Of a stretch of DNA of 64,000 bases, positions 26,543 through 36,043 are shown in pieces (the first letter of the stretch is position 1; every line of letters begins with the position of its first letter). This DNA is from Thermoproteota archaeon (GTDB lineage Archaea; Korarchaeota; Korarchaeia; Korarchaeales; Korarchaeaceae). The notes under the pieces were generated by a model that saw nothing but the letters and a program-made list of their open reading frames with translations, was not told where the DNA came from and made no database searches. Both the position numbers and the translations under genes were made by a program. The DNA lies in assembly GCA_027491415.1 (NCBI GenBank), contig JAOZFH010000025.1:19974-83973 (forward strand), read 5' to 3'.

Positions 26543-27430
26543 ATGAGGTTTCGTGCAGCTGCGGCCGCGATCTTGATCGCGCTGTTGACGGCCACTTTGG
26601 GGCCGTTTGCGGTCCCGGTCCAGTCAGAGAACCCCCAGCTGTCAGTCAGGGTTCGGCTGTTTTCCGACGGCTGGGCCGACGTGGAACTCTCCGTCAACCT
26701 GACGAAGGCAGAGGCCTTCACAGTCGTCCCGCTGATGGGGGATCCCGAGGCTCTGCTGGCGGTGGACGAGGACATGTCTCCCCTCAACTACTCCCTGGAG
26801 GACGGCTCCATCCTAATCGCTACCATGGGATCTCAGAGGGTCACGGTCTTCTACCAGACTCCCTCGCTCACGGCGAAGTCAGGGGGCGTCTGGAACGTTA
26901 CCGTATCACCCAACGTCGCCTCGTGGATAGTGATCACCCTACCCAATGGGTCCACAGTCGTAGGTCTCTCCGACGTCCCCGAGAGGATTGAGTCGGAAGG
27001 GGGGAGGATAACTCTCGCGTTCGTCTCGGACTCTGCGTGGGTCTCCTACGTGATCCCACCCCCAGTCGAGTCGGGTCGAGGGACGGCCGGGTCGGGCCCG
27101 GGGGCAACCGAGGGTGCGGTTCAGCGGGCCTCTTGGTGGGTTCCCGCGGCGGGCCTGGCCGCGGCAGCGGGGGTTGGAGCTGCGATCGCGCTGTCAACTC
27201 GGAATCGCCGAAGACCCTCCCCCGCGGGCGAGATGGACTCCACCGACGCGGCCATACTCGAGGGCCTCGCCCGCATGGGGGGAGAGGCGTACCAGGCCGA
27301 CCTGATAAAGTCCCTCGGGCTGCCGAGGTCCACCGTCTGGAGGCGAATTAGGAGGCTGGCCGAGGAGGGACACGTGGAGCTCAGGGACGGGGAGAGGGGG
27401 AAGATCGTGAGGCTCAGACGAGCGGAGTGA
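26543..27430 (+). CDS. Type-I membrane protein with a beta ectodomain and a cytoplasmic wHTH (COG2512-like)
   Basis: Signal peptide, beta-rich domain, TM (WWVPAAGLAAAAGVGAAIAL), then GGEAYQADLIKSLGLPRSTVWRRIRRLAEEGHV. Confidence 0.85.
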   Translation: MRFRAAAAAILIALLTATLGPFAVPVQSENPQLSVRVRLFSDGWADVELSVNLTKAEAFTVVPLMGDPEALLAVDEDMSPLNYSLEDGSILIATMGSQRVTVFYQTPSLTAKSGGVWNVTVSPNVASWIVITLPNGSTVVGLSDVPERIESEGGRITLAFVSDSAWVSYVIPPPVESGRGTAGSGPGATEGAVQRASWWVPAAGLAAAAGVGAAIALSTRNRRRPSPAGEMDSTDAAILEGLARMGGEAYQADLIKSLGLPRSTVWRRIRRLAEEGHVELRDGERGKIVRLRRAE

Positions 27431-28214
27431 CGCTCAGAGCGGCCACTCCAAGCAGCCAGAGGGCCACAGGGAGGGTCAGCCCGGGCAAAATCCTCCTCTT
27501 GGAGTATAGGAGGTGAAGGGTCAAGACCACGCCCGTGTTGAGCAGGAGGAGGGTGAAGAGGGCGCCGACCAATCCGAACATTCTCGAAGAAGAGGCTGAG
27601 GCAAGAGAGTACGCGAACAGGTCACCCAACCCCATCGACACCCTTCCGTGGGTGACCATCATGGGCTTCAGCGGATCGTCGCGCAGGTTCACGCCGTCTG
27701 ACGCCCCCGCAGAGGAGAACATCTCCCCCAAGGGTCCCCTGAAGATGGCGTACGCATCGTAGAGGGCCAGGCTGCCCAAGAAGATGAACGTGAAAACTTC
27801 GGGGAATGTGCTGACGAAGAGGTATGCCACCGCGGATGAGAGCAGGGCCTTCGAGGCGTTCCCGACCAAACCAGATCTCAGCCCCAGCCAGGTGAAGGCC
27901 GCGCCGAGCGGGACGGAGAGGGTCCACGAAAGGCCCAGGGACTCGAGCACCTCCGCCAGCGAGAGCGCGGCCGCGTAGAAGAGGGAGATTAGCAGGAGCG
28001 CCTTTAGGACTCTGAGCCTACCCGTCTTTAAGAGATAAACCATGAGCGACGCCGTGGCAAAGAGCAGCAGGACGTAGAATGCGGAGAGACCTCCCGCTTG
28101 GACGGCCGTGAGTTCCACCTCTGGCCTAGGTCTCGTGGCTGCCACCATGGCCAGCGCAATGAGCTGAGCCAGACAAGGCCAGATCAGAACGGAGTACGCC
28201 CTATCACCCTCCAT
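27414..28214 (-). CDS. Presenilin/SPP-type GxGD intramembrane aspartyl protease
   Basis: LYDAY (YD), MGLGD (GxGD), LPGL (PAL-equivalent), about 9 TM. Confidence 0.88.
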   Translation of the reverse strand: MEGDRAYSVLIWPCLAQLIALAMVAATRPRPEVELTAVQAGGLSAFYVLLLFATASLMVYLLKTGRLRVLKALLLISLFYAAALSLAEVLESLGLSWTLSVPLGAAFTWLGLRSGLVGNASKALLSSAVAYLFVSTFPEVFTFIFLGSLALYDAYAIFRGPLGEMFSSAGASDGVNLRDDPLKPMMVTHGRVSMGLGDLFAYSLASASSSRMFGLVGALFTLLLLNTGVVLTLHLLYSKRRILPGLTLPVALWLLGVAALSVTPLV

Positions 28215-28767
28215 CTCCCTCACCCCGCCCCTTGAGGAGCTTTTCCTCCAGCTCGGGGTGCTTGGGGAGGACCTTAGAGAGAAACCGCTCGAGGGCGTTC
28301 AGCACGGCCCCATACTTGGACCAGAGCGTCTCCCCGGTCAGCTCGGATTTGGCAACCTCCGAGAACGCCACCGCGTAGCCGTCAGAAGTGGCCCCGCAGG
28401 CTGCCAGCCTGGCGTCGAGGGAGAGCCTCAGGAGGTCGGGGGCCACGGCGGACAAGTCCGTTGGGCTCAGCGGGAAGGGGAGGAGCGGCGCTGCGATGAG
28501 CACGGAGTCACCCTCGTCCAGGATCTGAACGGAGATCACGAGCCTTCTGACGCTTTTCTCCAGGCTCACCTCGATTAGCTCGGTCACCAGCACGCTCATG
28601 CTCTCCTCGTCGACGTAGATCCTTTCGGGCTCCACCCCGACATCCTCGAGGAGCCTGCTGAGACCCCTGAGGGTATCCCCGACGCCGTCAGTCTCCGACA
28701 ACGCGACCAGGCCTCCCCAGGCTGTGGAGGATACGCCGAGTGATCTCCCGGATCTCTTGAGGTTCAA
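28204..28767 (-). CDS. Hypothetical protein, possibly YbjN/CesT-like fold
   Basis: a-bbb-a-bb-a pattern with LLRLS. The true start is probably near 28700. Coupled to mobB and the presenilin gene. Confidence 0.55.
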   Translation of the reverse strand: MNLKRSGRSLGVSSTAWGGLVALSETDGVGDTLRGLSRLLEDVGVEPERIYVDEESMSVLVTELIEVSLEKSVRRLVISVQILDEGDSVLIAAPLLPFPLSPTDLSAVAPDLLRLSLDARLAACGATSDGYAVAFSEVAKSELTGETLWSKYGAVLNALERFLSKVLPKHPELEEKLLKGRGEGDGG

Positions 28768-29236
28768 ATCTGGGCGCGCCCCCCTTGTCCCTCGCGGCCC
28801 GAACTCTCCATACCTCCCCCCCTGCCGACTTGAGCATCTCCTCGATTCGGCGATCTCCCCCGATGACCACCTTCACGACGTCCTCCCTGGGGATCGCCTG
28901 GGACTTGAACCCCTCGATCAAGACCACCCTCGCGCCCGGGTCGACGCACCTCACCACGCCGAGCGCGCCCTCCAGGTCCGTGGGGGCGGACCTGAAGACC
29001 GCGATCAGGTTTGGAGACGCGAGCACGACCGTTGAGGCGCCGGCGGCAGCCATCCTCCAGCTGTCAGTGCCCGGCCTGTCGACCTCTGGGCTCGCCTCGT
29101 GCGTGTGCTTGATGGCGGCCGCCCTGACCCCCGCCTCGGAGAGCGCCCTCAGGATGGCCTCCACGAGGGTCGTCTTTCCCGCCGCCTTCCCTCCCACGAC
29201 GGCGACGAGCAGCGGCCCGCCGGGAGACTCGCTCAT
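28688..29236 (-). CDS. mobB: Molybdopterin-guanine dinucleotide biosynthesis protein B
   Basis: GGKAAGKTT, IKHTH, DRPGTDSWR..AGA, LIEGFK. Confidence 0.92.
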   Translation of the reverse strand: MSESPGGPLLVAVVGGKAAGKTTLVEAILRALSEAGVRAAAIKHTHEASPEVDRPGTDSWRMAAAGASTVVLASPNLIAVFRSAPTDLEGALGVVRCVDPGARVVLIEGFKSQAIPREDVVKVVIGGDRRIEEMLKSAGGEVWRVRAARDKGGAPRFEPQEIREITRRILHSLGRPGRVVGD

Positions 29237-29325
29237 CCTGCCTCGCCCACCGACCTCTATTTTAAACGGCCTTCCCCCGACCCCGCGGATCACGAGGGTT
29301 AATAACTCCGGACCGACCTCCTATT

Positions 29326-30432
29326 TTGGCGCAGCCCATGCCCGAACCCTGTCCAGACGGGGTCGGCTCTCGAGTCAGGGCCAGCCTCCAAGAGCCCCTA
29401 CCAGACGGCCGAGTCAGGTGTCTCGCCTGCCCGCGCTATTGCGTCATCCCCCCGGGCCTCAGGGGCGCCTGCGGGACGAAGGTGAACGTTGGCGGGACCC
29501 TCTGTGAGGTCAACTACTCCAGGGTCAGCTCGGTAGCCATGGATCCGATAGAGAAGAAACCCCTCTTCCACTTCTACCCCGGCTCGTGGGCATACAGCAT
29601 AGGGACGGTTGGGTGCAACCTGTTCTGCGACCACTGTCAGAACTGGCAGATCTCCCAGCCCGGGGTGAGGCCCGAGGACTTCCCGTGGCTCAGGACGCTG
29701 ACGCCGGAGGACGCCGTTCGGCAGGCGAGCGAGCTCGGGGCCGCTAGCATAGCCTACACGTACAACGAGCCCACCATAGTGAGCCTGGAGTGGGTTCTGG
29801 AGACCGCCAGGCTCGCCAGGAAGGCCGGGCTGAAGAACGTCAGCGTGACGAACGGGTACTGGAGCAGGGAGGCTAGGGAACTCCTCGCGCCGCTGATGGA
29901 CGCGGCCAACGTCGACGTGAAGGCCTTCTCCGACGATTTCTACAGGAGGGTCACCAAGGTGACGTCCCTGAGGCCGGTCCTGGAGACCGTGGAGCACCTC
30001 AAGAGGGAGGGGGTGCACGTCGAACTCACCTACCTCGTCATCCCCGGCCTGAACGACTCGGAGGAGGAGATAAGGTCGTTCGCGGGGTGGGTCGTCGAGC
30101 GCGTGGGGGACGACACCCCCGTGCACTTCTCTAGGTTCCACCCGGACTTCCGAATGCTCGACAGGCCGGCGACGCCCCTCAAGACCCTCGAGATGGCCCA
30201 CCGCGTCGCCAGGGACGAGGGGCTCAAGTTCGTCTACCTCGGCAACGTGCCGGGAGACCCAAGGGAGCACACATACTGTCCCAGGTGCGGGGCCAGGGTG
30301 ATAGAGAGGTACGGGTTCGACGTCCACGGCTGCAGGCTCACCGAGGACGGGAGGTGCGCCAGCTGTGGAGAGCCCATCCCGATCGTCGGCGAGTGCAGGC
30401 GGTCCTCGGGGAGCTTCTACCTCGGCATCTGA
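29326..30432 (+). CDS. amrS: AmmeMemoRadiSam radical SAM enzyme
   Basis: CLACPRYC, DPIEKKPLFHF, CNLFCDHCQNWQISQ, YTYNEP, HFSRFHP, YLGNVPG. Confidence 0.92.
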   Translation: MAQPMPEPCPDGVGSRVRASLQEPLPDGRVRCLACPRYCVIPPGLRGACGTKVNVGGTLCEVNYSRVSSVAMDPIEKKPLFHFYPGSWAYSIGTVGCNLFCDHCQNWQISQPGVRPEDFPWLRTLTPEDAVRQASELGAASIAYTYNEPTIVSLEWVLETARLARKAGLKNVSVTNGYWSREARELLAPLMDAANVDVKAFSDDFYRRVTKVTSLRPVLETVEHLKREGVHVELTYLVIPGLNDSEEEIRSFAGWVVERVGDDTPVHFSRFHPDFRMLDRPATPLKTLEMAHRVARDEGLKFVYLGNVPGDPREHTYCPRCGARVIERYGFDVHGCRLTEDGRCASCGEPIPIVGECRRSSGSFYLGI

Positions 30433-30459
30433 CCGAGGTGGCGGGGGCAGGCGGTCGGA

Positions 30460-31197
30460 GTGGGAGATCGGCGTTCCCACCCTGCTGGAGTCGCTGGGGG
30501 CGTTCCTCCTAGCAGCCCCCGCGGTCGTCTGGGTAGCCTCTAGGTTGATCCCGGGCCCGATAGCGGGAGGAGGTCCTTCCCTCGGATTCACGCTGGCCTC
30601 GGCGATGATATTTACCCTGGCGGCGCACGAGGGGATTCTCGCGGCGCTCTACCGGCTGTCCGACTCTGGGGCGAAGTTCGGGGTCGGCACACACTACCTC
30701 TACGGGCCGCCACGCGGCCGGTCACCCGCGAGACCCTCCTGCTGGTCAGCTTGGCCCCGCTGGCGGCGATAAGCGCCGCCACGCTGGCCGTCGCACGGGC
30801 GTTTCCGAGCCACGCCGGGCTGCCCGCGGCGATCTTTGCCCTAAACGCCCTGGGATCGGTCGGGGACGTCGTGCTCGCGGTCAAGGCGCTCGGCTCTCCA
30901 CCGGGGTCGCTGGTAGCGGACAGGGGAGACCGGTCCGTGGTCATCCCACCCGACGGTCAGTACGGGCCGCCGGGCTGGTGGGCATCTGTTGACGCCTTCC
31001 TAAGGATCTATCCGATCGCCCTCACCCTGTTGGGTGCTGCCCTGGCTCTGCTGGCCGGCGGCGCCACTCTGGAGTTTCGTAGGGACAGCGGGTTCCAGCT
31101 AGTCGTCGAGGTCGATCCCTCCGCGCTGGCGGTGGCAGTCATGATTTCCGTGGTGGCCGTCCCTGTGATCTCCACGCGGTCCGGCCAGGGCGGTTAA
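30460..31197 (+). pseudogene. Frameshifted DUF3267 putative zincin membrane protein
   Basis: HEGIL (HExxH with the second His lost) and KFGVG..YLY, a 1-nt loss near 30704, then AATRPVTRETLLLVSLAPL...NALGSVGD. Start approximate. Confidence 0.7.
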
Positions 31198-31203
31198 AAA
31201 TCT

Positions 31204-32508
31204 GTGAGGGCCCCGGCAAGACCGATCGCCGTGGGTCGGACCGGCAGGGAGAGGAACGTCGTGGTCATCGCGCTAAGCTGGACTATGATGCGCCCGTTCG
31301 GAGCGGCCACGAGGACCTACTTCGCCCTCTACTTCCTGGAGTTCGGCGCCGACCCGGCAAGGATAGGCCTCATCACGATGGCGGGGTCGCTCACCGTCGC
31401 GATCTCGAGGCTGATCGGGGGATACCTAGCCGACGCCGTCGGCAGGAAGAGGCTCATCGTCTCGATGACCGCGGTCTACGCCTTCGCCTCCCTCCTGTAC
31501 GCCCTGGCGAGGGACTGGACCTGGATACTCGCCGCGGAGGTGATCTCGTCCGCCACCCTCCTCTACCAGCCGGCCATAGCCGCGATACTGGCCGACAGCC
31601 TGCCCTCCGAGGTCAGGGGCAGGGGGATCTCGGCGGCTCGGACGGCCGCGACCCTCTCGTCCCTGGCTGGCCCTCCCCTCGCGGCCTTTCTGGTTGGTAG
31701 GATGGATCTCGTCCCTGCGGTCCGCCTCCTGTACGCCGCGAGGTCGGCAGCGGTGCTCGCGGCGGCGGTCGTGAGAATGACCCTCACGGAGACACTGAGA
31801 CTGGAGGAGAGGAGGCCAATCAGCCTTCGGTCGATCTTGGAGGATTACAGGAGAGCCGTGATCTGGCTTAAGGGTGATCTAGGGAGGTTGATCGCCGTGA
31901 ACTCGGCCGCCATGGGATCCTACAGCCTGGCGGAGCCGTTCATACAGATCTTCGCGGTCAAGGAGATCGGAATAGATCCGGAACTCTGGGGGCTTATCTC
32001 AACGGTCGTGCGGGCCGAGATCCTCGCGAGCATCAACCTCTCAGGATACATCGCCGACAAGCTGGGAAGGAACATATCCCTGGCCCTCGGGTACGGCTCC
32101 GGCGCCGCCGGAATGCTAATGCTCCTGATGTCCCCGCCGGGCTCCGGCGCTTGGGTCCTGGTGTCCCAGCTTGTGTACGCCGCCTTTGCCTCGTGGCCAG
32201 CTAGGTTCGCCCTGTTCGCGGATCTTACGCCGGCGGAGACCAGGGGGAGGCTCACGGCGGTCAGGGGGCTCGTGGAGAACCTGTCCTCCAGCGCGGCCTC
32301 AGCGGCGGGCGGCGTGCTCTACTCTATCTCCCCCATTGCAGACCTGGGGCTGGCTTCCGTGGGCCTCACTCTCACGGCGCTGGCCGCCCTTAGAATCCTC
32401 CCGAAGGTAGGCAGGCTTCCCGATCGGGCTACGGCCGAGATATCTGATTTAGAGCCAGCAGTTGTTCCTGGGTCAGCCTCCAACCTAGAGCCCCCGAGTT
32501 CTCCCTGA
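31204..32508 (+). CDS. MFS transporter (paralog of 33333-34544)
   Basis: GYLADAVGRKR and GYIADKLGR. Confidence 0.9.
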   Translation: MRAPARPIAVGRTGRERNVVVIALSWTMMRPFGAATRTYFALYFLEFGADPARIGLITMAGSLTVAISRLIGGYLADAVGRKRLIVSMTAVYAFASLLYALARDWTWILAAEVISSATLLYQPAIAAILADSLPSEVRGRGISAARTAATLSSLAGPPLAAFLVGRMDLVPAVRLLYAARSAAVLAAAVVRMTLTETLRLEERRPISLRSILEDYRRAVIWLKGDLGRLIAVNSAAMGSYSLAEPFIQIFAVKEIGIDPELWGLISTVVRAEILASINLSGYIADKLGRNISLALGYGSGAAGMLMLLMSPPGSGAWVLVSQLVYAAFASWPARFALFADLTPAETRGRLTAVRGLVENLSSSAASAAGGVLYSISPIADLGLASVGLTLTALAALRILPKVGRLPDRATAEISDLEPAVVPGSASNLEPPSSP

Positions 32509-33238
32509 CGTGCTCCACCCTCGCGGCCTTGGGGATGGCCGCGACCTTGGGCTTGGATATCAGCCAGTTTAGGGCCACCTGAGCCGGGGTCCTCCCCACG
32601 GCGCGCGCCACCTCTGCCAGTGCCCTTGGGGGGTCCACCGCCAGGCGCCCCTTCTCGAGCGGCGTGTAGGCCAAGATCAGGACCCCCTCCCGCTGACAGA
32701 ATGGGAGGAGGTCTCTCTCAATCCTCCTGTCGATCAGGCTGTATCGGACCTGGTTTGCGGCTATCTCAACCTCCCTGGTGGCCTCCATGGCCCGCTTAAG
32801 GAGTGGGAGGTCGAAGTTGCTCACCCCTATGTTCCTGACCTTCCCCTCCACCACCAGCTCCTCCATGGCCCGGATCGTCTCCTCTATCGGCACCTCAGGG
32901 TTAGGCCAGTGCACTAGGTACAGGTCGATGTACCCGACCCCCAGCCTCTCGAGGCTCCCCTGGGCGGCCCTCAGCAGAGCTCGCCTGCTCAGGTTGGTGC
33001 TCCACACCTTGGTCACCACAAAGTACTCCTCCCTGTCGAAGGGCCTGAGCGCCTCGCCGACTATTCTCTCGACCCTCCCCCAGCCGTACATCTCGGCCGT
33101 GTCGATGAGCCCCATACCGAGGTCGACAGCCAGTCTTATGGCCTCAATCGCCGCCTGCGGGTTCTCCTCCATGCGATAGGTACCGATCCCGAGCTTGGGG
33201 ATTCTGTCCCCGGTGCCCTTGAGCCTCTCCCACTCCAT
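32429..33238 (-). CDS. Aldo/keto reductase
   Basis: LGIGT, IDTAEMYG, TKV, DLYLVHWP, IGVSNF, NQVRY, IPKA. Confidence 0.95.
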   Translation of the reverse strand: MEWERLKGTGDRIPKLGIGTYRMEENPQAAIEAIRLAVDLGMGLIDTAEMYGWGRVERIVGEALRPFDREEYFVVTKVWSTNLSRRALLRAAQGSLERLGVGYIDLYLVHWPNPEVPIEETIRAMEELVVEGKVRNIGVSNFDLPLLKRAMEATREVEIAANQVRYSLIDRRIERDLLPFCQREGVLILAYTPLEKGRLAVDPPRALAEVARAVGRTPAQVALNWLISKPKVAAIPKAARVEHVRENSGALGWRLTQEQLLALNQISRP

Positions 33239-33332
33239 CACCCCACCCCTTCGGCCCCCCGCTAAAACCCCATCCCCCGGCCTCTGACGGACTTTCGTTT
33301 GAATTTTTAACTCGGCTCGCACGGCACAGCCC

Positions 33333-34544
33333 GTGTCCCGGGAAGTGGCAAAGCGGAACATGACCATCATGGCGATCACGTGGGCCATGATGGGCCCCTT
33401 CTCCGCCGCCACTAGGGTTTACTCATCCCTATACTTCCTAGAACTCGGCGCAGGGGCGGCAGAGGTCGGCATCATATCCATGGCCGGCCTCGTGACTCTC
33501 GGCTTCTCGAGGCTCATCGGAGGATACCTGGCTGACGCCGTCGGCAGAAAGAGGATAATCGTCCCCATGACCATGATCTACGGTGTGGCGTCGGTCCTAT
33601 ACGCCGTGGCGAGGGACTGGACCTGGATACTCGCGGCCTCCGTGCTCTCCTCTCTGGCCCTCCTGTACCAGCCGGCTATCCAAGCGATACTGGCCGACAC
33701 GCTGCCGCCCGAGGTGAGGGGGAGGGGCCTCTCCCTCGCTAACATGGTCTCCCAGCTAGCCAGTCTAGCTGGCCCCCCGCTCGCGACGCTCTTGGTGGCT
33801 CGGATGCCCCTCGCCAGGGCCATGAGGATCCTCTACGCAGCCAACGCCGCCGCGATATTCGGGGCCGGGATAGTGAGGATGGCCTTCGTTGAGACGCTGA
33901 AGGAGAGGGTAAGGCCTAACTTCAGGGACGCCCTTCGGGGGTACGTCAGCGCCATCAGGGAGCTGCGCGGCGACCTGGGCAAGCTCATCTTGGTCTCCTC
34001 GCTGGCCCCGGCGTTCTACCAGATGGCATTTCCCTTCGTCCAGATATACGCCGTGAGGGAGCTCGGAGTGTCTGAGGAGTTCTGGGGGCTGATCTCCACG
34101 GTCGTGTCCGTCGAGTCCGTCGCGTCCATGCTCGCGTCGGGCTACCTCACCGACAGGATCGGCAGGAATCTGACCCTAGCCCTGGGGTACGGCTCCGGCT
34201 CACTAGGCCTCGCCATTCTGGCCCTCTCCCCGCCGGGTGAGCCGTACCTAGTCCTGCTCTCGCAGGTGGTGGTCGCCGCCTTCGCCTCCTGGCCCGCGAG
34301 CTTTGCGCTCATGGCCGACCTAACGCCGATCAGGCTCAGGGGCAAGATAATGGCCATAAGGGGAATGATACAGGGCAACCTATCCGGTCTCGGCTCCGGC
34401 CTGGGGGGCGCCCTGTACGAGGTGAACCCCGCCCTTCCGATCGCTGCCGCCGCGGCGGGCCTCTTGCCGCTGGTGGTGATCTCAGCCAAGTGGCTGCCGG
34501 CCGGCGCCATCGAGAATGGGAAAGTTCGTAACGTAAACCATTAA
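33333..34544 (+). CDS. MFS transporter (paralog of 31204-32508)
   Basis: GYLADAVGRKR and RDWTWILAA, shared with the paralog. Confidence 0.9.
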   Translation: MSREVAKRNMTIMAITWAMMGPFSAATRVYSSLYFLELGAGAAEVGIISMAGLVTLGFSRLIGGYLADAVGRKRIIVPMTMIYGVASVLYAVARDWTWILAASVLSSLALLYQPAIQAILADTLPPEVRGRGLSLANMVSQLASLAGPPLATLLVARMPLARAMRILYAANAAAIFGAGIVRMAFVETLKERVRPNFRDALRGYVSAIRELRGDLGKLILVSSLAPAFYQMAFPFVQIYAVRELGVSEEFWGLISTVVSVESVASMLASGYLTDRIGRNLTLALGYGSGSLGLAILALSPPGEPYLVLLSQVVVAAFASWPASFALMADLTPIRLRGKIMAIRGMIQGNLSGLGSGLGGALYEVNPALPIAAAAAGLLPLVVISAKWLPAGAIENGKVRNVNH

Positions 34545-34579
34545 ACGGAAGCTCTCGCGGTCCCCTTTGGGAGTACGCT

Positions 34580-34918
34580 TTGAGCGCCCCGGGGGCAAGG
34601 GAGATCACCTGCCCGATATGCGGTCAGAGGCACAGGCCTCCCCTCACTAAGGGGTGGAACTTCGTCCCCTGCAGCCAGGACCACGGCATAGTGGTCTTCG
34701 TGGACTCTGGCGGAAGCGTCAGGGAGGTCCACGGGGCCTCCCTCTCGAAGGCCGCGAGCGACCTCGTGCTGGAGGAGGGAAAGCTCCACCTCGTCCCCAA
34801 GTGGATAAATGTGGACAGGATAAGGGCGGTCATCGAGGGCAAGGCGAGCCCCACCGAGGCAGACAGGGCTGGGATCTCCCTGCTCCTCAACCTGGGGATC
34901 TTGAAGAGGAGGGCGTAG
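34580..34918 (+). CDS. Small Zn-ribbon protein (CPIC...CxxxH)
   Basis: ITCPICG...PCSQDHGIVVFVDSGGSVRE followed by a helical tail. Confidence 0.7.
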   Translation: MSAPGAREITCPICGQRHRPPLTKGWNFVPCSQDHGIVVFVDSGGSVREVHGASLSKAASDLVLEEGKLHLVPKWINVDRIRAVIEGKASPTEADRAGISLLLNLGILKRRA

Positions 34919-34948
34919 GTCTTATGGTGATCTCGAGGGGGTGTTAGT

Positions 34949-35971
34949 TTGGCCCGCCACGCCCTTGCGAAGCTCCTGTCCAAGCTCTCCGGGACGGCCG
35001 GGGGGGCTAGAGTTCCCTCCCACGTCCAAAAGGCCGCCTCGGAGGTCCTGGAGATCTGCGAGTACAGGCTGGTCCTCACGCTGGACTCGATGGGGTTCTT
35101 TAGGGATGTGGAGGGAATCAGCCCGGCCGAGGCGTCCCTGAAGTTCGCCGACAGGTCCCTCTTCTTCTCAATCATGGAGATCCTATCGCAGCTGGGGTAC
35201 GTCTCCGTGAGAAGGGGATTTGGCTTCATGGACGGCAGGATTCGGCAGGTTCACGACCTTCCCCCCTCCCCAATGGCCACTACGCCCGAGGCCATCGAGT
35301 TCGACTCCGTCTTCGCGGAGATAATCTCCTCCCTGCCGGACGCTCTGAAGGAGGGGAAGAGGAGCCTCCACGTCGCTTCATCGGAGAACAAGGCCCTCCT
35401 GGCCAAGATGTACGACTCAGAGGTCTTCAAGACCCTCCTCACGCTGGAGGTCAAGTCCCTGGGGATCTCCGACGTCCCGCCGCACGGGTTCATAGTCTCC
35501 CTCGGCCCCGGCGTCGGGGCCGAGCTGCCAACCGTCCTCCTGGAGTCTGACGCCAGGGTGATATCGGTGTTGAGCAGCGAGGACGACGCGAGAATCGCCG
35601 AGCTGACGCTGTCCGGCCTGGGCCTCCTCAGCGATCAGGTCATGTTCGTGGTTGGTCAGCCGGAGAGGCTCCACAGGATAATAGAGGAGGCCAAGACCGG
35701 CCCCGTCGACGCGGTCGTGGTGGTCCACTCGCTCCACTGGTCCAACGCGCCAGAGGCCTGCCTCAGAAACGCGTCGAAGGTGTCTCGGAGGGTTATGGTA
35801 TCCCAGCCCGTCCTCAGCGAGGCGACCTGGCCTCTATCCATAGCGAGCTACCTGCTGGGATCGAACATCCTCCCGAAGCCCGACCAGATAGACTTCTGGG
35901 TGAACTCCGCCGGGCTGTCCGGGAGGACCCTGATGACGAACCCGATTTACTTGGCCCAGCTCGTGAGGTGA
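34949..35971 (+). CDS. Class I SAM-methyltransferase-fold protein with an N-terminal helical domain, possibly degenerate
   Basis: IVSLGPGVG motif I (lacking the usual acidic residue) and VDAVVVVHSLHW. Confidence 0.65.
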   Translation: MARHALAKLLSKLSGTAGGARVPSHVQKAASEVLEICEYRLVLTLDSMGFFRDVEGISPAEASLKFADRSLFFSIMEILSQLGYVSVRRGFGFMDGRIRQVHDLPPSPMATTPEAIEFDSVFAEIISSLPDALKEGKRSLHVASSENKALLAKMYDSEVFKTLLTLEVKSLGISDVPPHGFIVSLGPGVGAELPTVLLESDARVISVLSSEDDARIAELTLSGLGLLSDQVMFVVGQPERLHRIIEEAKTGPVDAVVVVHSLHWSNAPEACLRNASKVSRRVMVSQPVLSEATWPLSIASYLLGSNILPKPDQIDFWVNSAGLSGRTLMTNPIYLAQLVR

Positions 35972-36043
35972 TGGGAGAGATTTCGGGACGCTTCAGCATC
36001 CAGATCCAGTCTTAACTCATCTCTCCGACGGGTATACCGGAGT

